A stretch of 28,657 bases of DNA from sequence record OR992647.1. One strand, 5' to 3'. The notes beneath the pieces are model-generated. The model saw nothing but the letters and a program-made list of their open reading frames with translations. It ran no database searches and was not told the origin of the DNA. Of this stretch, positions 13,957 through 23,522 are shown piece after piece. Within the stretch, counting starts at the first letter, position 1, and each line of letters starts with the position of its first letter. The DNA comes from Escherichia phage ST-T-K. Made by a program: the position numbers and the translations under genes.

Positions 13957-16900
13957 TTACCACGTCCCGACTTTAACCCTTCCCCCTCCAGGTAATGGCA
14001 CGTTGACGCCCGTTGCGTCGATCGTAACGGACCCGCCGGAGAATCCGAAATTACCCGTAGTCGCGAACAAGTTGCCGCGTACCGTTACGTTGTTGAACTC
14101 CGCCCCGCCATCCTTCGCGATACGCCAGCCGCTGTTACCTGGATTCCAGTTATTGGATTGCAGCGTGTCCGTGATCTGCGCGAAGTTAATAGACGCGTTC
14201 TTGATTCGTGCCGTGTCAATATACACCTGCCCGCCGTCAACGATAAACGCGGACGAAAGCGATCCATTAGACGGGTGCATGATATAGAACTGGTCCGCCT
14301 TGAACGCGATGCGGGATTTAACCGCGCCACCTTCCGCCACAACGGAAAGCTGCATACCAGCATCGTAGTACGTCCCGTTATACGTCACGCCAGCTTTAAG
14401 ACTGTAGGTGGCGCTGCCGCCAGCATGGTTAAACGATGACGTCATCTTCTGCTCGATAGCTGCGGACTGCTGACCGAACTGTGCCGCTACCTGGGTCTTA
14501 TACTCCGCCAGCGCGCCCGCTACGTCTGCCGTTGCCGTTTGTACCTGCTGGATGGCAGCTTCCTGTTCCCCGAACTTAGCGGCAACAGTTTGTTGATACT
14601 GGGCGAACGCTTGTTCGTGCGTGCTTTGCGCAGTCTGCAACGTGTGGATTGACGCTTCCGCATCGTCAAGGCGTGTGCCGATCAGCGTTTCCAGTTGCGC
14701 TACGGCCTCGTTTGCGTCCACCGCAACGTTGTACGCCACCTTGATTTCCGCATAAATCCCTTGATACTCGGAGCGGGCGTTGAATAGCTGCTGGGCGTCC
14801 GTTAGCATCGACTCATAGATGCCTTGCGGAATTGTGTCGATTGCTTCCTGGAAGTGTTTACCGTCCTCGGAAGTCAAAAACTCGTCATCAAGCCCCTGCA
14901 TGTACTCGTCAACTTTGTCACTCACCTGTCCGTCAAACGGGTCTGACCAGTCTGACAGGTTGCCGATTTTATCCGCTACACGGGCGCGCAACTGCTGGTA
15001 GATCCCGAACTCCAGCGACGTTTGCGCATAGTCCGACCCCGGATATGGGACGTTGGTCAAGAATCTCCATTCAGTTTCACCCAGCTTGCGCACTTCAAGC
15101 TCGGTATACGAAATATCCGTTGCGGCGTTGTTGTGATTCCACTTCCACAAAATTTGGTGAAGGCCAGAAATCGCGTTGGTGATGATTGGCGCGTTTAGCC
15201 CTCCAAGACGACCCTCGACCGGCGTGATTGCGGATGACACCCACGGGGATGAAATCTCGCCCATACCGATCGCGCGGACGCGTGCCTGGTAGTTACCAGA
15301 AAACACGTTCGGGATGTGCGCGCCGTTCGAGGCCGTGCGGGGAATGTTCACCCAGTCGTTGCCCCACTGGATTTCCAGATTCTGCAAGCTGGTACGTCGC
15401 CACTGGATTTCGTATACAACGGCATCCTTCACCGGTGGGAAAACAATATCCACGTTAGTGATTAGCTGGCCTTGTGATGAAATCTGCGACGGGGTGATGG
15501 TAACGGATTCTGGCCCCTTCATTACGCCGTCCGGCACTTGAGTGAAGATACCTGGATCAAGACGCGCGCCATTATCAACGGCATCATATTTGCTATCGTT
15601 GTACTCAATCCCGCGCACCGAAAAAGTGCTGGTAGCGTCGTCATATTCCAGATCGGTGATGCGGAACTTCTGCAACTGGATATCGTCGCCATCAACGCAA
15701 AACGGCTGATCAGGAATCGGGTCGGCGTCCAGTGCGGTTTTTAGCGTGACCGCGTTGCCGTTGACGCTGGCAATCTCGCGAGTCTCCACATTACCGCTAT
15801 CGGTGCGCACCAGGAATTTGTCCCCAGGGCGGAACGTGATTTCGCTGTCCGTGTTCAGCACGGTGCGCGTGCCCGGATCTGACAACAGGCGTCCGCCGCG
15901 TGTCTCGAATCCGCCAGAAATGTTAGTATCCGCGATTGCGACTACGCTCCCCGGAATAAAGAATAGCCCCTCCATGCCAACCTTGAAGCTAACTTGCTGG
16001 TCAAGCTGGTTGGAGATTAGCGCCCAGTGCCCGCGGCGTTGCGCTTCGGATTCACGCGTACAGCCGATCGCCGTAATATCAAGGCGGTTAATCTTATGGC
16101 GGCGCACCAGTTCGACACGTTGGCCCGTTGCGATGGCATCTTCATAATGGTTCTTCGGGTTGCCGTAGGCTACCGCGAACGTGGAATACCGAGTTTTCTG
16201 GCTTCCTGATGCGTAGTCGAATCGACCATCAATGACCGAGGCGTTTGTGATAGTGTGCGATACCGCTGCGACCGGCTGGTCACTGACGATATTCAACATC
16301 TGGTTGCCCCACCAGGTCATTCCGGCAAAGATAGCCGCTAAATCCTTCAGCACGGTCCATGCGTCGGTCTGCGACTGAATGTACATATCATTCTTAAATC
16401 GGATTTCCTGTCCGCCGTTGCCGTCACTGACTTTCTGATCGCAGCGCTGTGCAATCTGGTAGAGCGCGTACCGGTTTAGCATTTGCGGCTTGACACGACG
16501 ACCAAGGCCGAAGCGCTCAGTAATACAAATATCGTACCAGTGCCACGCAGGGTTATCCGTCCATGCGCGTTTAAATGTGCCATCCCAGTCCCCCGAATAG
16601 GTATGATTAATCGGGTCGTAGTTGTTCGGGACCAGCACCTTGCGGCCTTTGCACTTGATTGACACTCGCGGGATATTCTGGAACGCCTTAGCGTCGAACT
16701 CCACGAACAACAGCGCGGTTAGCGGGTAACGCAGACGGGCGTCGATAATCTCAGTAATGGATTGTACCTGGATATCGTTGACCACTTTTGCCGATGTGGA
16801 ATCAGCCGTTGTGCGGTGCACCTCCACGCGCCAGCCGGTGTTGACGTTCGGCGGTAATTCGATGCGGTGGTCGCGCTCATACAGCGACATTGTTTTACCA

Positions 16901-17403
16901 ACGGCAGCGAATGTAAACTCCCGCGGATCAGCATTATCGGTATACACAACAATTTTATAGTCGATGCGCCCGCCCACCAGATCGCCATTATCTTCGTTGG
17001 TGTACAGGGCAGGAATACCGATTCGAATGCGCACCGCGTCCAGACTGGTATCCGAAATCTGGCGGACCCACGGCTGGCCCTGTTCCAGTTTTACGCCTAC
17101 TGTTTGCTCGCTTTCCACCGCTGAAAAACCGTGAATCACATCCTGGTGCTGCGTGCCGGGGCGGAACTCCACGCGCGCGCCGGGGAAGTTATCCGACAGG
17201 TCGGCGTTCTGGATCGGTGTGCCGTCCAGGTATACACGCTGCCGTAATTCGTTAGGGTCGGGAATGCCTTCAAATTCGCCCTCGCCCAGTGCGAGCAAGA
17301 TGCGGATTTTAGCCAGCGAATGCAGGCTATCAGGCGTCTCCTGTGGGGTGTGCTGTTTGCCTCCGCCGCCTTTATGGCCCGTGACGTCGTATACAATCGT
17401 CAT
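13957..17403 (-). CDS. central tail fiber / host specificity protein, lambda gpJ-like
   Basis: 1148 aa. N-terminus GHKGGGGKQHTPQETPDSL ... VEFRPGTQHQDVIHGF parallels the lambda J N-terminus as recalled. ATGA overlap with the upstream gene. Confidence 0.9.
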   Translation of the reverse strand: MTIVYDVTGHKGGGGKQHTPQETPDSLHSLAKIRILLALGEGEFEGIPDPNELRQRVYLDGTPIQNADLSDNFPGARVEFRPGTQHQDVIHGFSAVESEQTVGVKLEQGQPWVRQISDTSLDAVRIRIGIPALYTNEDNGDLVGGRIDYKIVVYTDNADPREFTFAAVGKTMSLYERDHRIELPPNVNTGWRVEVHRTTADSTSAKVVNDIQVQSITEIIDARLRYPLTALLFVEFDAKAFQNIPRVSIKCKGRKVLVPNNYDPINHTYSGDWDGTFKRAWTDNPAWHWYDICITERFGLGRRVKPQMLNRYALYQIAQRCDQKVSDGNGGQEIRFKNDMYIQSQTDAWTVLKDLAAIFAGMTWWGNQMLNIVSDQPVAAVSHTITNASVIDGRFDYASGSQKTRYSTFAVAYGNPKNHYEDAIATGQRVELVRRHKINRLDITAIGCTRESEAQRRGHWALISNQLDQQVSFKVGMEGLFFIPGSVVAIADTNISGGFETRGGRLLSDPGTRTVLNTDSEITFRPGDKFLVRTDSGNVETREIASVNGNAVTLKTALDADPIPDQPFCVDGDDIQLQKFRITDLEYDDATSTFSVRGIEYNDSKYDAVDNGARLDPGIFTQVPDGVMKGPESVTITPSQISSQGQLITNVDIVFPPVKDAVVYEIQWRRTSLQNLEIQWGNDWVNIPRTASNGAHIPNVFSGNYQARVRAIGMGEISSPWVSSAITPVEGRLGGLNAPIITNAISGLHQILWKWNHNNAATDISYTELEVRKLGETEWRFLTNVPYPGSDYAQTSLEFGIYQQLRARVADKIGNLSDWSDPFDGQVSDKVDEYMQGLDDEFLTSEDGKHFQEAIDTIPQGIYESMLTDAQQLFNARSEYQGIYAEIKVAYNVAVDANEAVAQLETLIGTRLDDAEASIHTLQTAQSTHEQAFAQYQQTVAAKFGEQEAAIQQVQTATADVAGALAEYKTQVAAQFGQQSAAIEQKMTSSFNHAGGSATYSLKAGVTYNGTYYDAGMQLSVVAEGGAVKSRIAFKADQFYIMHPSNGSLSSAFIVDGGQVYIDTARIKNASINFAQITDTLQSNNWNPGNSGWRIAKDGGAEFNNVTVRGNLFATTGNFGFSGGSVTIDATGVNVPLPGGGRVKVGTW

Positions 17404-18017
17404 TCGTTCAAATCCTCGGTTACGATTCCGGCTGAAATAATAGCGCCGCCGATCTCACGCTCGCCCCATAATACACCAAGTGCCGTACCTTGCGCGGTCG
17501 TGTTTACAGGCCCGCCAAACGCATACGACGCCTTGTTATCCACGTCCTGCCGTGTCTGCAATCCTTTCGGTTGTGGTGACAGCAATTGCATAGCGCCGCC
17601 CAGCGCAAGCGACATACCAAAAGAAAACGTCGCCGTCCCAATAGCGGCAGCGGTCGCAGCGGAAGCACCGAAAGCGGCAGCGGCAAGCCCGCCGGTGTAG
17701 AACGACGCCACCACGATAGCTACGCCAGCCAGCAATTGTCCGAGTCCGCTTTTAGCACCAGTCATAACCGGCGCGATGGTAACTACGCGGTCGCCGTGGA
17801 ACTCCCCTAACTCGCCATAGCCGGTCATTGTGTGATTACCCTTGCGCACCTTAAACATCATGTTTCCCAAGTGGGCCGACATTAGAAAGTCCTGTAAGCC
17901 GGGTAACTTCACGCATAGGCCGGTGATACCCTCGCCAGGTGTGAAACAGTCCAGCTTGTGCACTTTACCAAAACGACGTCCTAAGACGCCGTACAATTTA
18001 AATGTGGTCATTGCCAT
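17400..18017 (-). CDS. tail assembly protein, lambda gpI-like
   Basis: 205 aa; N-terminal region followed by a Gly/Ala-rich hydrophobic C-terminal half (AGVAIVVASFYTGGLAAAAFGASAATAAAIG), as in gpI; position between K and J. Confidence 0.8.
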   Translation of the reverse strand: MAMTTFKLYGVLGRRFGKVHKLDCFTPGEGITGLCVKLPGLQDFLMSAHLGNMMFKVRKGNHTMTGYGELGEFHGDRVVTIAPVMTGAKSGLGQLLAGVAIVVASFYTGGLAAAAFGASAATAAAIGTATFSFGMSLALGGAMQLLSPQPKGLQTRQDVDNKASYAFGGPVNTTAQGTALGVLWGEREIGGAIISAGIVTEDLNE

Positions 18018-18748
18018 TCTGTAATATCCCCAGGTAAGTCTTTATGACGTACCCATTTAACCACATTGTCGCGGAAAAATCCTGCCCGGAAGGGGACCAC
18101 GCTCGACAGGCTGCCGTAGATATGGTGCAGTAGTTGGTTGCCCGGAAGGAAGATCCCAGCATGGTTAGGCACTGGCGCGCTAATCTGCATGATGACCATC
18201 GCCCCCGGTGTATTCTCCTCGCACTCCCGGAACCCCGCATCATACCAGTTATCCATGTACAGGCTTTCGCCCATTTCCCACCAGTTATACGGCACGCGGA
18301 AGTCAGGAAGAATCACGCCCTGCTTTTTGTGCCAGTCCATGACGAGGCCATAGCAATCCGTAATTCCGAGAACAAATCGGCGACCTACCAGCGGCGGGTC
18401 TTCCGGGTCGATCTCGATAAAGTCGCCATACTCATTGGTGATGGTCCACACAATGCCGCTGCCGTTGCATCCGTTAACGTCCCCCAATGACGGGGTTAGA
18501 TCCCTCTGTCCGGGATGTGAGTGGACTACGCGCACGACGTCGCCAATATCCTCGGCGTCCATCCATGCCATATCACTAATGGTAAACGCGTCCTTACGCG
18601 AGCGCGCGCCGGTCGGGTCTTCGAACACGTTCATGCACGGGACGAATACTTGTTTGCGGCCCACCATGACGACCAGGCCGCAGGCTTCTTCAGGCAGACA
18701 TGCCGCAACGTGTGCGGCGATATCGCTCTTAACCTTCTTCGTTAACAT
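18008..18748 (-). CDS. tail assembly protein, lambda gpK-like (JAB/MPN plus NlpC/P60 domains)
   Basis: JAMM-like EEACGLVV ... VHSHPGQRDLTPSLGD; NlpC/P60-like DCYGLV and HAGIFL; 246 aa. Confidence 0.85.
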   Translation of the reverse strand: MLTKKVKSDIAAHVAACLPEEACGLVVMVGRKQVFVPCMNVFEDPTGARSRKDAFTISDMAWMDAEDIGDVVRVVHSHPGQRDLTPSLGDVNGCNGSGIVWTITNEYGDFIEIDPEDPPLVGRRFVLGITDCYGLVMDWHKKQGVILPDFRVPYNWWEMGESLYMDNWYDAGFRECEENTPGAMVIMQISAPVPNHAGIFLPGNQLLHHIYGSLSSVVPFRAGFFRDNVVKWVRHKDLPGDITEWQ

Positions 18749-18750
18749 GA

Positions 18751-19539
18751 CTACCCCTTAATTAATCTGGACCCCGGAAAGCCGCCATAATCCAGCACCG
18801 CCGCTTTCGGGTCCGCAAGCCCTTGTCCGAATCGAAGGTAACAGTCTGACAAACAGCCGCCACATCGGTCCATATCCATCGCGATTACTTCATTGCCGCG
18901 TTCGTCATAATACTTGATGCCTGGCTGTGCAAGGTTCCAGGTGCACCCGTCGCCGCTGGCGTACTTCCCATTGAGCGCCCATTCGCACATATTCATGATT
19001 TGGCGGCGTGGGACTACTTGCCCCTCCATATCCGCGGGTGAGGATAATGCGAAGGTGATTTGTTTGCCCGGATTGCGACCGACCTGTGAGTCGATGTAAA
19101 ACTCCTGGACACGCTTTTGCGTTGGGTCTGGATCTGGCCCGTTGTCCAGGAACTTAGCAAACGTGTCGATGATTTCAACCTTCGCGCCCAGTAGCTGGTC
19201 GTGATTCAGCGATAGCCGGGTGATAATCCCGCCAATATCGACGATAGTTAGCTGTGGTTCTGCTGCCGTTGATGTGGAGAAGTTGAGGCCGGATAAATCG
19301 AAGGGCCAAAATTCGAACTCCTGCCCGCCGAAGAAGATAGATTTTGGCTTTAGCTTGTCCTCGTCGCCACCGGCGGCAGCAATATCTTCGGCAGTGTGCG
19401 GAATAAAGCAATAATGAAAATAGTGGTGGCCCGCGCCGATCGCGCCGTCGCCCGGCTCCACGTCCTGCGCATCAATGTGAATCAGGCGAACGCGGCCCGA
19501 TGGGTCAAAGCGCGTCGCCTCACGATATAGTTTATTCAT
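18751..19539 (-). CDS. minor tail protein, lambda gpL-like
   Basis: 262 aa; C-terminal Cys cluster CGGCLSDC ... C as in lambda L; position between M-like and K. Confidence 0.8.
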   Translation of the reverse strand: MNKLYREATRFDPSGRVRLIHIDAQDVEPGDGAIGAGHHYFHYCFIPHTAEDIAAAGGDEDKLKPKSIFFGGQEFEFWPFDLSGLNFSTSTAAEPQLTIVDIGGIITRLSLNHDQLLGAKVEIIDTFAKFLDNGPDPDPTQKRVQEFYIDSQVGRNPGKQITFALSSPADMEGQVVPRRQIMNMCEWALNGKYASGDGCTWNLAQPGIKYYDERGNEVIAMDMDRCGGCLSDCYLRFGQGLADPKAAVLDYGGFPGSRLIKG

Positions 19540-20135
19540 CTTACGAATCCAATAGCTGTCTTAAGGGTGGCTGATACCGTTGCCGTGTAGTGTCCGTTGT
19601 CTGTGTACGACAAGCTCGAACGCTCGACCACGAATAAACCTGTTTCGCCATCCGGCGCGGTGACGACAAACGGCTTGACGAAGTGCCCGCGAAGGAAGTT
19701 GTACACCAATTTAGGGTCGCACCACTTGTCAGTAGTCAGTCCGATGAATTGCACGGGGAACTGTTTCGTCTCGGCGTTCGGGCCGTCTGCGATGTTCTGA
19801 CCATAGCCGTTACCGAATTGCAATTCCTCCGACCGGAAAGCCAACTGTACGTCACCTCCGCCCTGCAATTGCATGTGCCAGTAATAGGGCCATTCGTTTG
19901 ATCGCGGGTCGTGCGCTTCGATTAGTTCATAGGCTGCACCGGCTTTTGTCGGACCGGCCCAGTTATCCACCAGGGTGATGACGGTGTTTGAGTTGAATGC
20001 CGCAATCTTGCCGGTGTAGTCGTTGCCGTCGATGCGGGCAAATACGCGGACCTTCCCGATCTCGCTCAAGAACGCCGTCCCCGCGCCCGTGACGGTCTTA
20101 CTTCCGTTAGTTAGTGTGATTGTACCTTGTGCCAT
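19536..20135 (-). CDS. distal tail protein (gpM/Dit-like) with fiber-like N-terminal domain; start ambiguous (20135, 20168 or 20195)
   Basis: Located between tape measure and L. N-terminus MAQGTITLTNGSKTVTGAGTAF aligns with the tail fiber N-terminus. The alternative ATG at 20168 lies 5 nt after the tape measure stop. Confidence 0.6.
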   Translation of the reverse strand: MAQGTITLTNGSKTVTGAGTAFLSEIGKVRVFARIDGNDYTGKIAAFNSNTVITLVDNWAGPTKAGAAYELIEAHDPRSNEWPYYWHMQLQGGGDVQLAFRSEELQFGNGYGQNIADGPNAETKQFPVQFIGLTTDKWCDPKLVYNFLRGHFVKPFVVTAPDGETGLFVVERSSLSYTDNGHYTATVSATLKTAIGFVR

Positions 20136-20172
20136 AAAAAAAGCCCCCACGTTGGATGTGAGGGCCATTTTA

Positions 20173-22815
20173 TCATCGTTTGTATAGTACTCCACCCGGT
20201 TTCGTCGCTTTCACGATCTCGGCCTTGACCGACTCGGTGATTTGCTTTCCAAACGCCTGCGCGGTGCGTGGGTCCGGTCCGCTCACACTGGTGTCCGTCT
20301 TACCGGTCCCAGTGTAAACGTTGGTCGTTACAATCATCCCACCCCCTGCACCGGCAGCGGCAACGCCCAGTTTTCCATCCGGCCCGCGCTTAAGTGGCAT
20401 GATAGCCTCGGGTCCAGCCTCACCCATCAATCCAGCGCCCTTAGCGAACGCCTGAACGCCATAACTGAAAAAGGTGGGCTGGCTTACCACTTGACCGGAA
20501 TAGGCCGCGAGATTGCCTCCTGCGTACGCTCCGCCGTCTGCGTTCTTAGTGAGGCCCGAGAAGATAGCGCCGAACAATCCGTTTTTGCCGCCGTCACCGC
20601 CGAAAGCGCTAACGATGGATTTGAACGCCTGCGAGGTAGCCAGCTTGATTAATTCGCTCAGGATGGACTTAACCATATCCTTTGCGTTCAGCTTGCCTGT
20701 CTCGAAAAACTCGTTCATCGTGTCCTGCATAGCGCCGAACGTGAATTTTGTGAGTGACGTCATCTGCGTGTAGCCGTTCCCCATTTCATCCACGCTATCC
20801 TTAAGCCCGCGGCTGAAGCCATCCCACAACGAAGCGTTAGCACCGGTCTGTGCTTCCTGCACTTCGCGCAGCTTAGACACCGCGTTGTCAATATCAGTAT
20901 CGTTAGCGCCGACACGCTGAAGGCGGTCAATTAGCTGCAATTCTTCGCGCAGGTTAGCCGCTTCGCGAGTGGAAAGCGCATAGCCCGCGGCGGTGGCCCG
21001 TAGCTCGGCGTTCTGGTTCTTGATGAATGCCTCGACCTGGGCGTGTGCCTTGATCTGCTTCTCTTTCGCGTCCAGCAATTTGGCTTCTTCGACGATCTGC
21101 TCGCGTACCGCTTTAACCGCCTCGAACTCTGCCATTTGCTGCTTTTCTGCTGCCGTTAGTGTGCGTTCCTTGCTTGCTGCGACCATTTGCTCATTATCCG
21201 CCACCAGCTTATTCAACGCGGCCTGTGCGCGCTGCGTGCGGGTCTGCGTTGTGGCATTGGCTTCGATCTGCTTGCCGGACTCCTTAAGCTGTGCCAGTTC
21301 GCTCCGTGCGACCTCCAGCATTTTAACACCGGCATCGACGCGAATTGCCGCCGCCTTTTTCGGTGCGGGGTCTTTGTAGCGCTCGTTTACCTGCTTCACC
21401 GCCTCGGCTAGTTCTTTCTCGTTAATCACACCGCGCTTATTCAGTAAATTGAGGCGGGCGATCTCGTCGGCGCGCTTCTTCGCGTTGGTGGCAAATTCCT
21501 TCTCGAACGCGGCGCGGTCGCGGGCGGTGCGGTTGGCCTCCTCGTTCGCCTTCGCTGATTTGTCCGCAGCGCTGGCGTTGTCGCGCTCGGCACGGTTACG
21601 CAGGGTGAGCGACGCTACTACTTTTTCCTGTGCGACCAGTTCGCTATAAAGCATGTTAATACGTGCTTTCTGCGCGTCGGTCATTACCCCACCGGCAGCG
21701 TTTACCGCTTTCATCTCAGCATAGTAAGCCGTGGTCATGCGCTGCAATGACTCACGCGCTTTCATCTCGGACTCATTCGAGGACTGCGCGCGGCCCACAT
21801 CCAGGATGGCATCCCACATAGATTTAGCTGCCGATGTGACGACGTTCATCGATCGCTCAAGCGTACCCATGTTGGACTTGATCTCGTTGGTCATGCTGGT
21901 GAACGACGCCGCGGCTGTTTTGTTAGCCAGCGCCACCGCTTCGGTTTCGCGACCCGTCGTAACCAGTGACTGCACCTGCTGGATCTGCGCCTCGGTAACG
22001 ACGTGATACTTGTCCGCCAGTGCGCGCAGTCCGCCTACCGGGTCGTTGGACAATTTAGAGATAGACTCCACCACGTCCGCGATCGGCTGATTAGACACCT
22101 TCGCGAAGTCGTTCACCACTTTCGCCAGCGCGCCGAAGTCAGCACCAGCTTTAACACCTGCCGCCGCCAGCGCCTGAATTGTGTCACGCGTCTTGCTGAA
22201 TGATCCGCCCATGCGTTCGGCGTTCTCCGACAGCACCAGGATCTGGTTAGCGGTGAGGCCGGAGATGTTACCGGATAGCGCCAGCGTCTTATTCAGCGCC
22301 GCTACCTGGTTTTCTGCACGGGACGTAATTGCCACGCCTACGCCCAACGTTGCCGTTACCGCAGCAAGGCCGATCCCTACCGGACCGAGAAAGCCTGCAA
22401 CATAACGCAGCGTGTTACCCAGTCCGCCGAACGCCCCAGTTAACTGCGGTAACTGCTGAAGCATAACGCGGTGCACCGGCATACCCATCTCAAGCGTCAC
22501 CGCAATATCCTGTAACTGGAATGCGGCGTTGCGTGAGGCAAAGCCCAGGTTTTTGGTAGACATGCCTAAGCGGTTGGCAAGTCGCTCCTGTTTCGTCATG
22601 CCATCGGCGGCGCGCTGTGATTCAGTCGCTAACTTCCCCATTCCGCCCGCGGCGTCACTCGTCACCTTTTTCGAGTTGCCGAGGGTGTCGTTTAATTTCT
22701 TAACCTTGTTTTCGGTGTTCTCGGACTTCTGCGCGAATGAGTCCAGCACCGTATTCGCCGTTCTGATTTGTGCAACATCCGCCTTTAGCGTGATGCCTGC
22801 TGCTTGATCTGCCAT
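20173..22815 (-). CDS. tail tape measure protein
   Basis: 880 aa, Ala/Gln/Lys-rich predicted coiled coil with a Gly-rich hydrophobic C-terminal region; located between chaperone G/T and the distal tail genes; RBS GGGGA before ATG at 22815. Confidence 0.85.
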   Translation of the reverse strand: MADQAAGITLKADVAQIRTANTVLDSFAQKSENTENKVKKLNDTLGNSKKVTSDAAGGMGKLATESQRAADGMTKQERLANRLGMSTKNLGFASRNAAFQLQDIAVTLEMGMPVHRVMLQQLPQLTGAFGGLGNTLRYVAGFLGPVGIGLAAVTATLGVGVAITSRAENQVAALNKTLALSGNISGLTANQILVLSENAERMGGSFSKTRDTIQALAAAGVKAGADFGALAKVVNDFAKVSNQPIADVVESISKLSNDPVGGLRALADKYHVVTEAQIQQVQSLVTTGRETEAVALANKTAAASFTSMTNEIKSNMGTLERSMNVVTSAAKSMWDAILDVGRAQSSNESEMKARESLQRMTTAYYAEMKAVNAAGGVMTDAQKARINMLYSELVAQEKVVASLTLRNRAERDNASAADKSAKANEEANRTARDRAAFEKEFATNAKKRADEIARLNLLNKRGVINEKELAEAVKQVNERYKDPAPKKAAAIRVDAGVKMLEVARSELAQLKESGKQIEANATTQTRTQRAQAALNKLVADNEQMVAASKERTLTAAEKQQMAEFEAVKAVREQIVEEAKLLDAKEKQIKAHAQVEAFIKNQNAELRATAAGYALSTREAANLREELQLIDRLQRVGANDTDIDNAVSKLREVQEAQTGANASLWDGFSRGLKDSVDEMGNGYTQMTSLTKFTFGAMQDTMNEFFETGKLNAKDMVKSILSELIKLATSQAFKSIVSAFGGDGGKNGLFGAIFSGLTKNADGGAYAGGNLAAYSGQVVSQPTFFSYGVQAFAKGAGLMGEAGPEAIMPLKRGPDGKLGVAAAGAGGGMIVTTNVYTGTGKTDTSVSGPDPRTAQAFGKQITESVKAEIVKATKPGGVLYKR

Positions 22816-22890
22816 TATGCAGTCCCCTTTTTTATGCAGTTGCCGATTGACATTGTATCAGCGAATTTGAAACAAACCTTATTCAGTCTC

Positions 22891-22918
22891 AGACGAGGGG
22901 GGCCGTTAACCCCCGTCT
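22891..22918 (-). other. GC-rich hairpin without U-tract upstream of the tape measure gene
   Basis: Left arm agacg-a-ggggg (22891-22900) pairs with right arm cccccgtct (22910-22918), with one bulged A. Confidence 0.4.
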
Positions 22919-22936
22919 AGTCTGAAAGACTGGGAG

Positions 22937-23196
22937 TTGTCCCGCCTGTCCCGATCGGCTGAAACCCGCGGCAGCACTGACGGGGACGGGGTGCTGTCCC
23001 GCTTTGTCCCGCCCCTTGTTTGTCCCGCTTTTGTCCCGTTTGTTTTATGCACGAAATCTGAATAGGTATGCACCTTTTGGAGGTGGGACGGATCGGGACG
23101 TCCCGCTTGTCCCGCTTTGAGTTTATGCAATGAAAGTGAGTAGGTATGCAGTTTTACAGGGGCGGGACAAAACGGGACGTCCCGCTTGTCCCGCTT
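22937..23196. repeat. non-coding iteron array with palindromes and a ~79 bp tandem duplication
   Basis: At least 10 direct copies of (T)GTCCCGC between 22938 and 23194; two perfect palindromes GGGACGTCCC at 23095-23104 and 23174-23183; perfect 24-bp direct repeat CGGGACGTCCCGCTTGTCCCGCTT at 23094-23117 and 23173-23196; TAGGTATGCA at 23063-23072 and 23141-23150. Confidence 0.75.
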
Positions 23197-23198
23197 CA

Positions 23199-23522
23199 TT
23201 ATGCGGGGTTTTGCTGCGCCATTTCATCAAGCGCGATTCGTTCCATTAGCTTTATATCTTTAAATGCACGTTGCTCGTTTTCGATGCCATGCATCTTAAA
23301 CAGCCACCCCAGCACGCCGTAGTCAATGCCGTATGCGCCACCGAATCCGGTGCGCCATTGCGTAGCGCAATCCGTGAATACTGCGACTATCTTCGCGTTG
23401 TCGGGCCATAGCGCAACAGGCGGACAAACATCTTCGGGGGCCGCACCCCATAAACTTGAGGCCAAATCTTCGGAGGGTGGCGGCGGGCCATAAAAGCGTC
23501 GCGCCGCCTCAATTAGTTTTTT
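23199..23522 (-). CDS. T-frame extension of the tail assembly chaperone (G-T fusion via -1 frameshift)
   Basis: The -1 frame is open from the slippery site to the stop at 23199-23201; lambda-like G/G-T arrangement upstream of the tape measure gene. Confidence 0.6.
   Translation of the reverse strand, partial: KKLIEAARRFYGPPPPSEDLASSLWGAAPEDVCPPVALWPDNAKIVAVFTDCATQWRTGFGGAYGIDYGVLGWLFKMHGIENEQRAFKDIKLMERIALDEMAQQNPA

Noticed and set aside
22937-23196. CRISPR array as an explanation for the repeat island
   Set aside because: Repeat units are only 8-24 bp, irregularly spaced and partly palindromic, with no regular repeat-spacer periodicity and no cas genes.
22906-23199. 97-aa minus-strand ORF across the iteron island
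   Set aside because: Its sequence (KRDKRDVP ..., GTKRD ...) is a direct translation of the GCGGGACA repeats; low complexity and no RBS. The region is better explained as non-coding.
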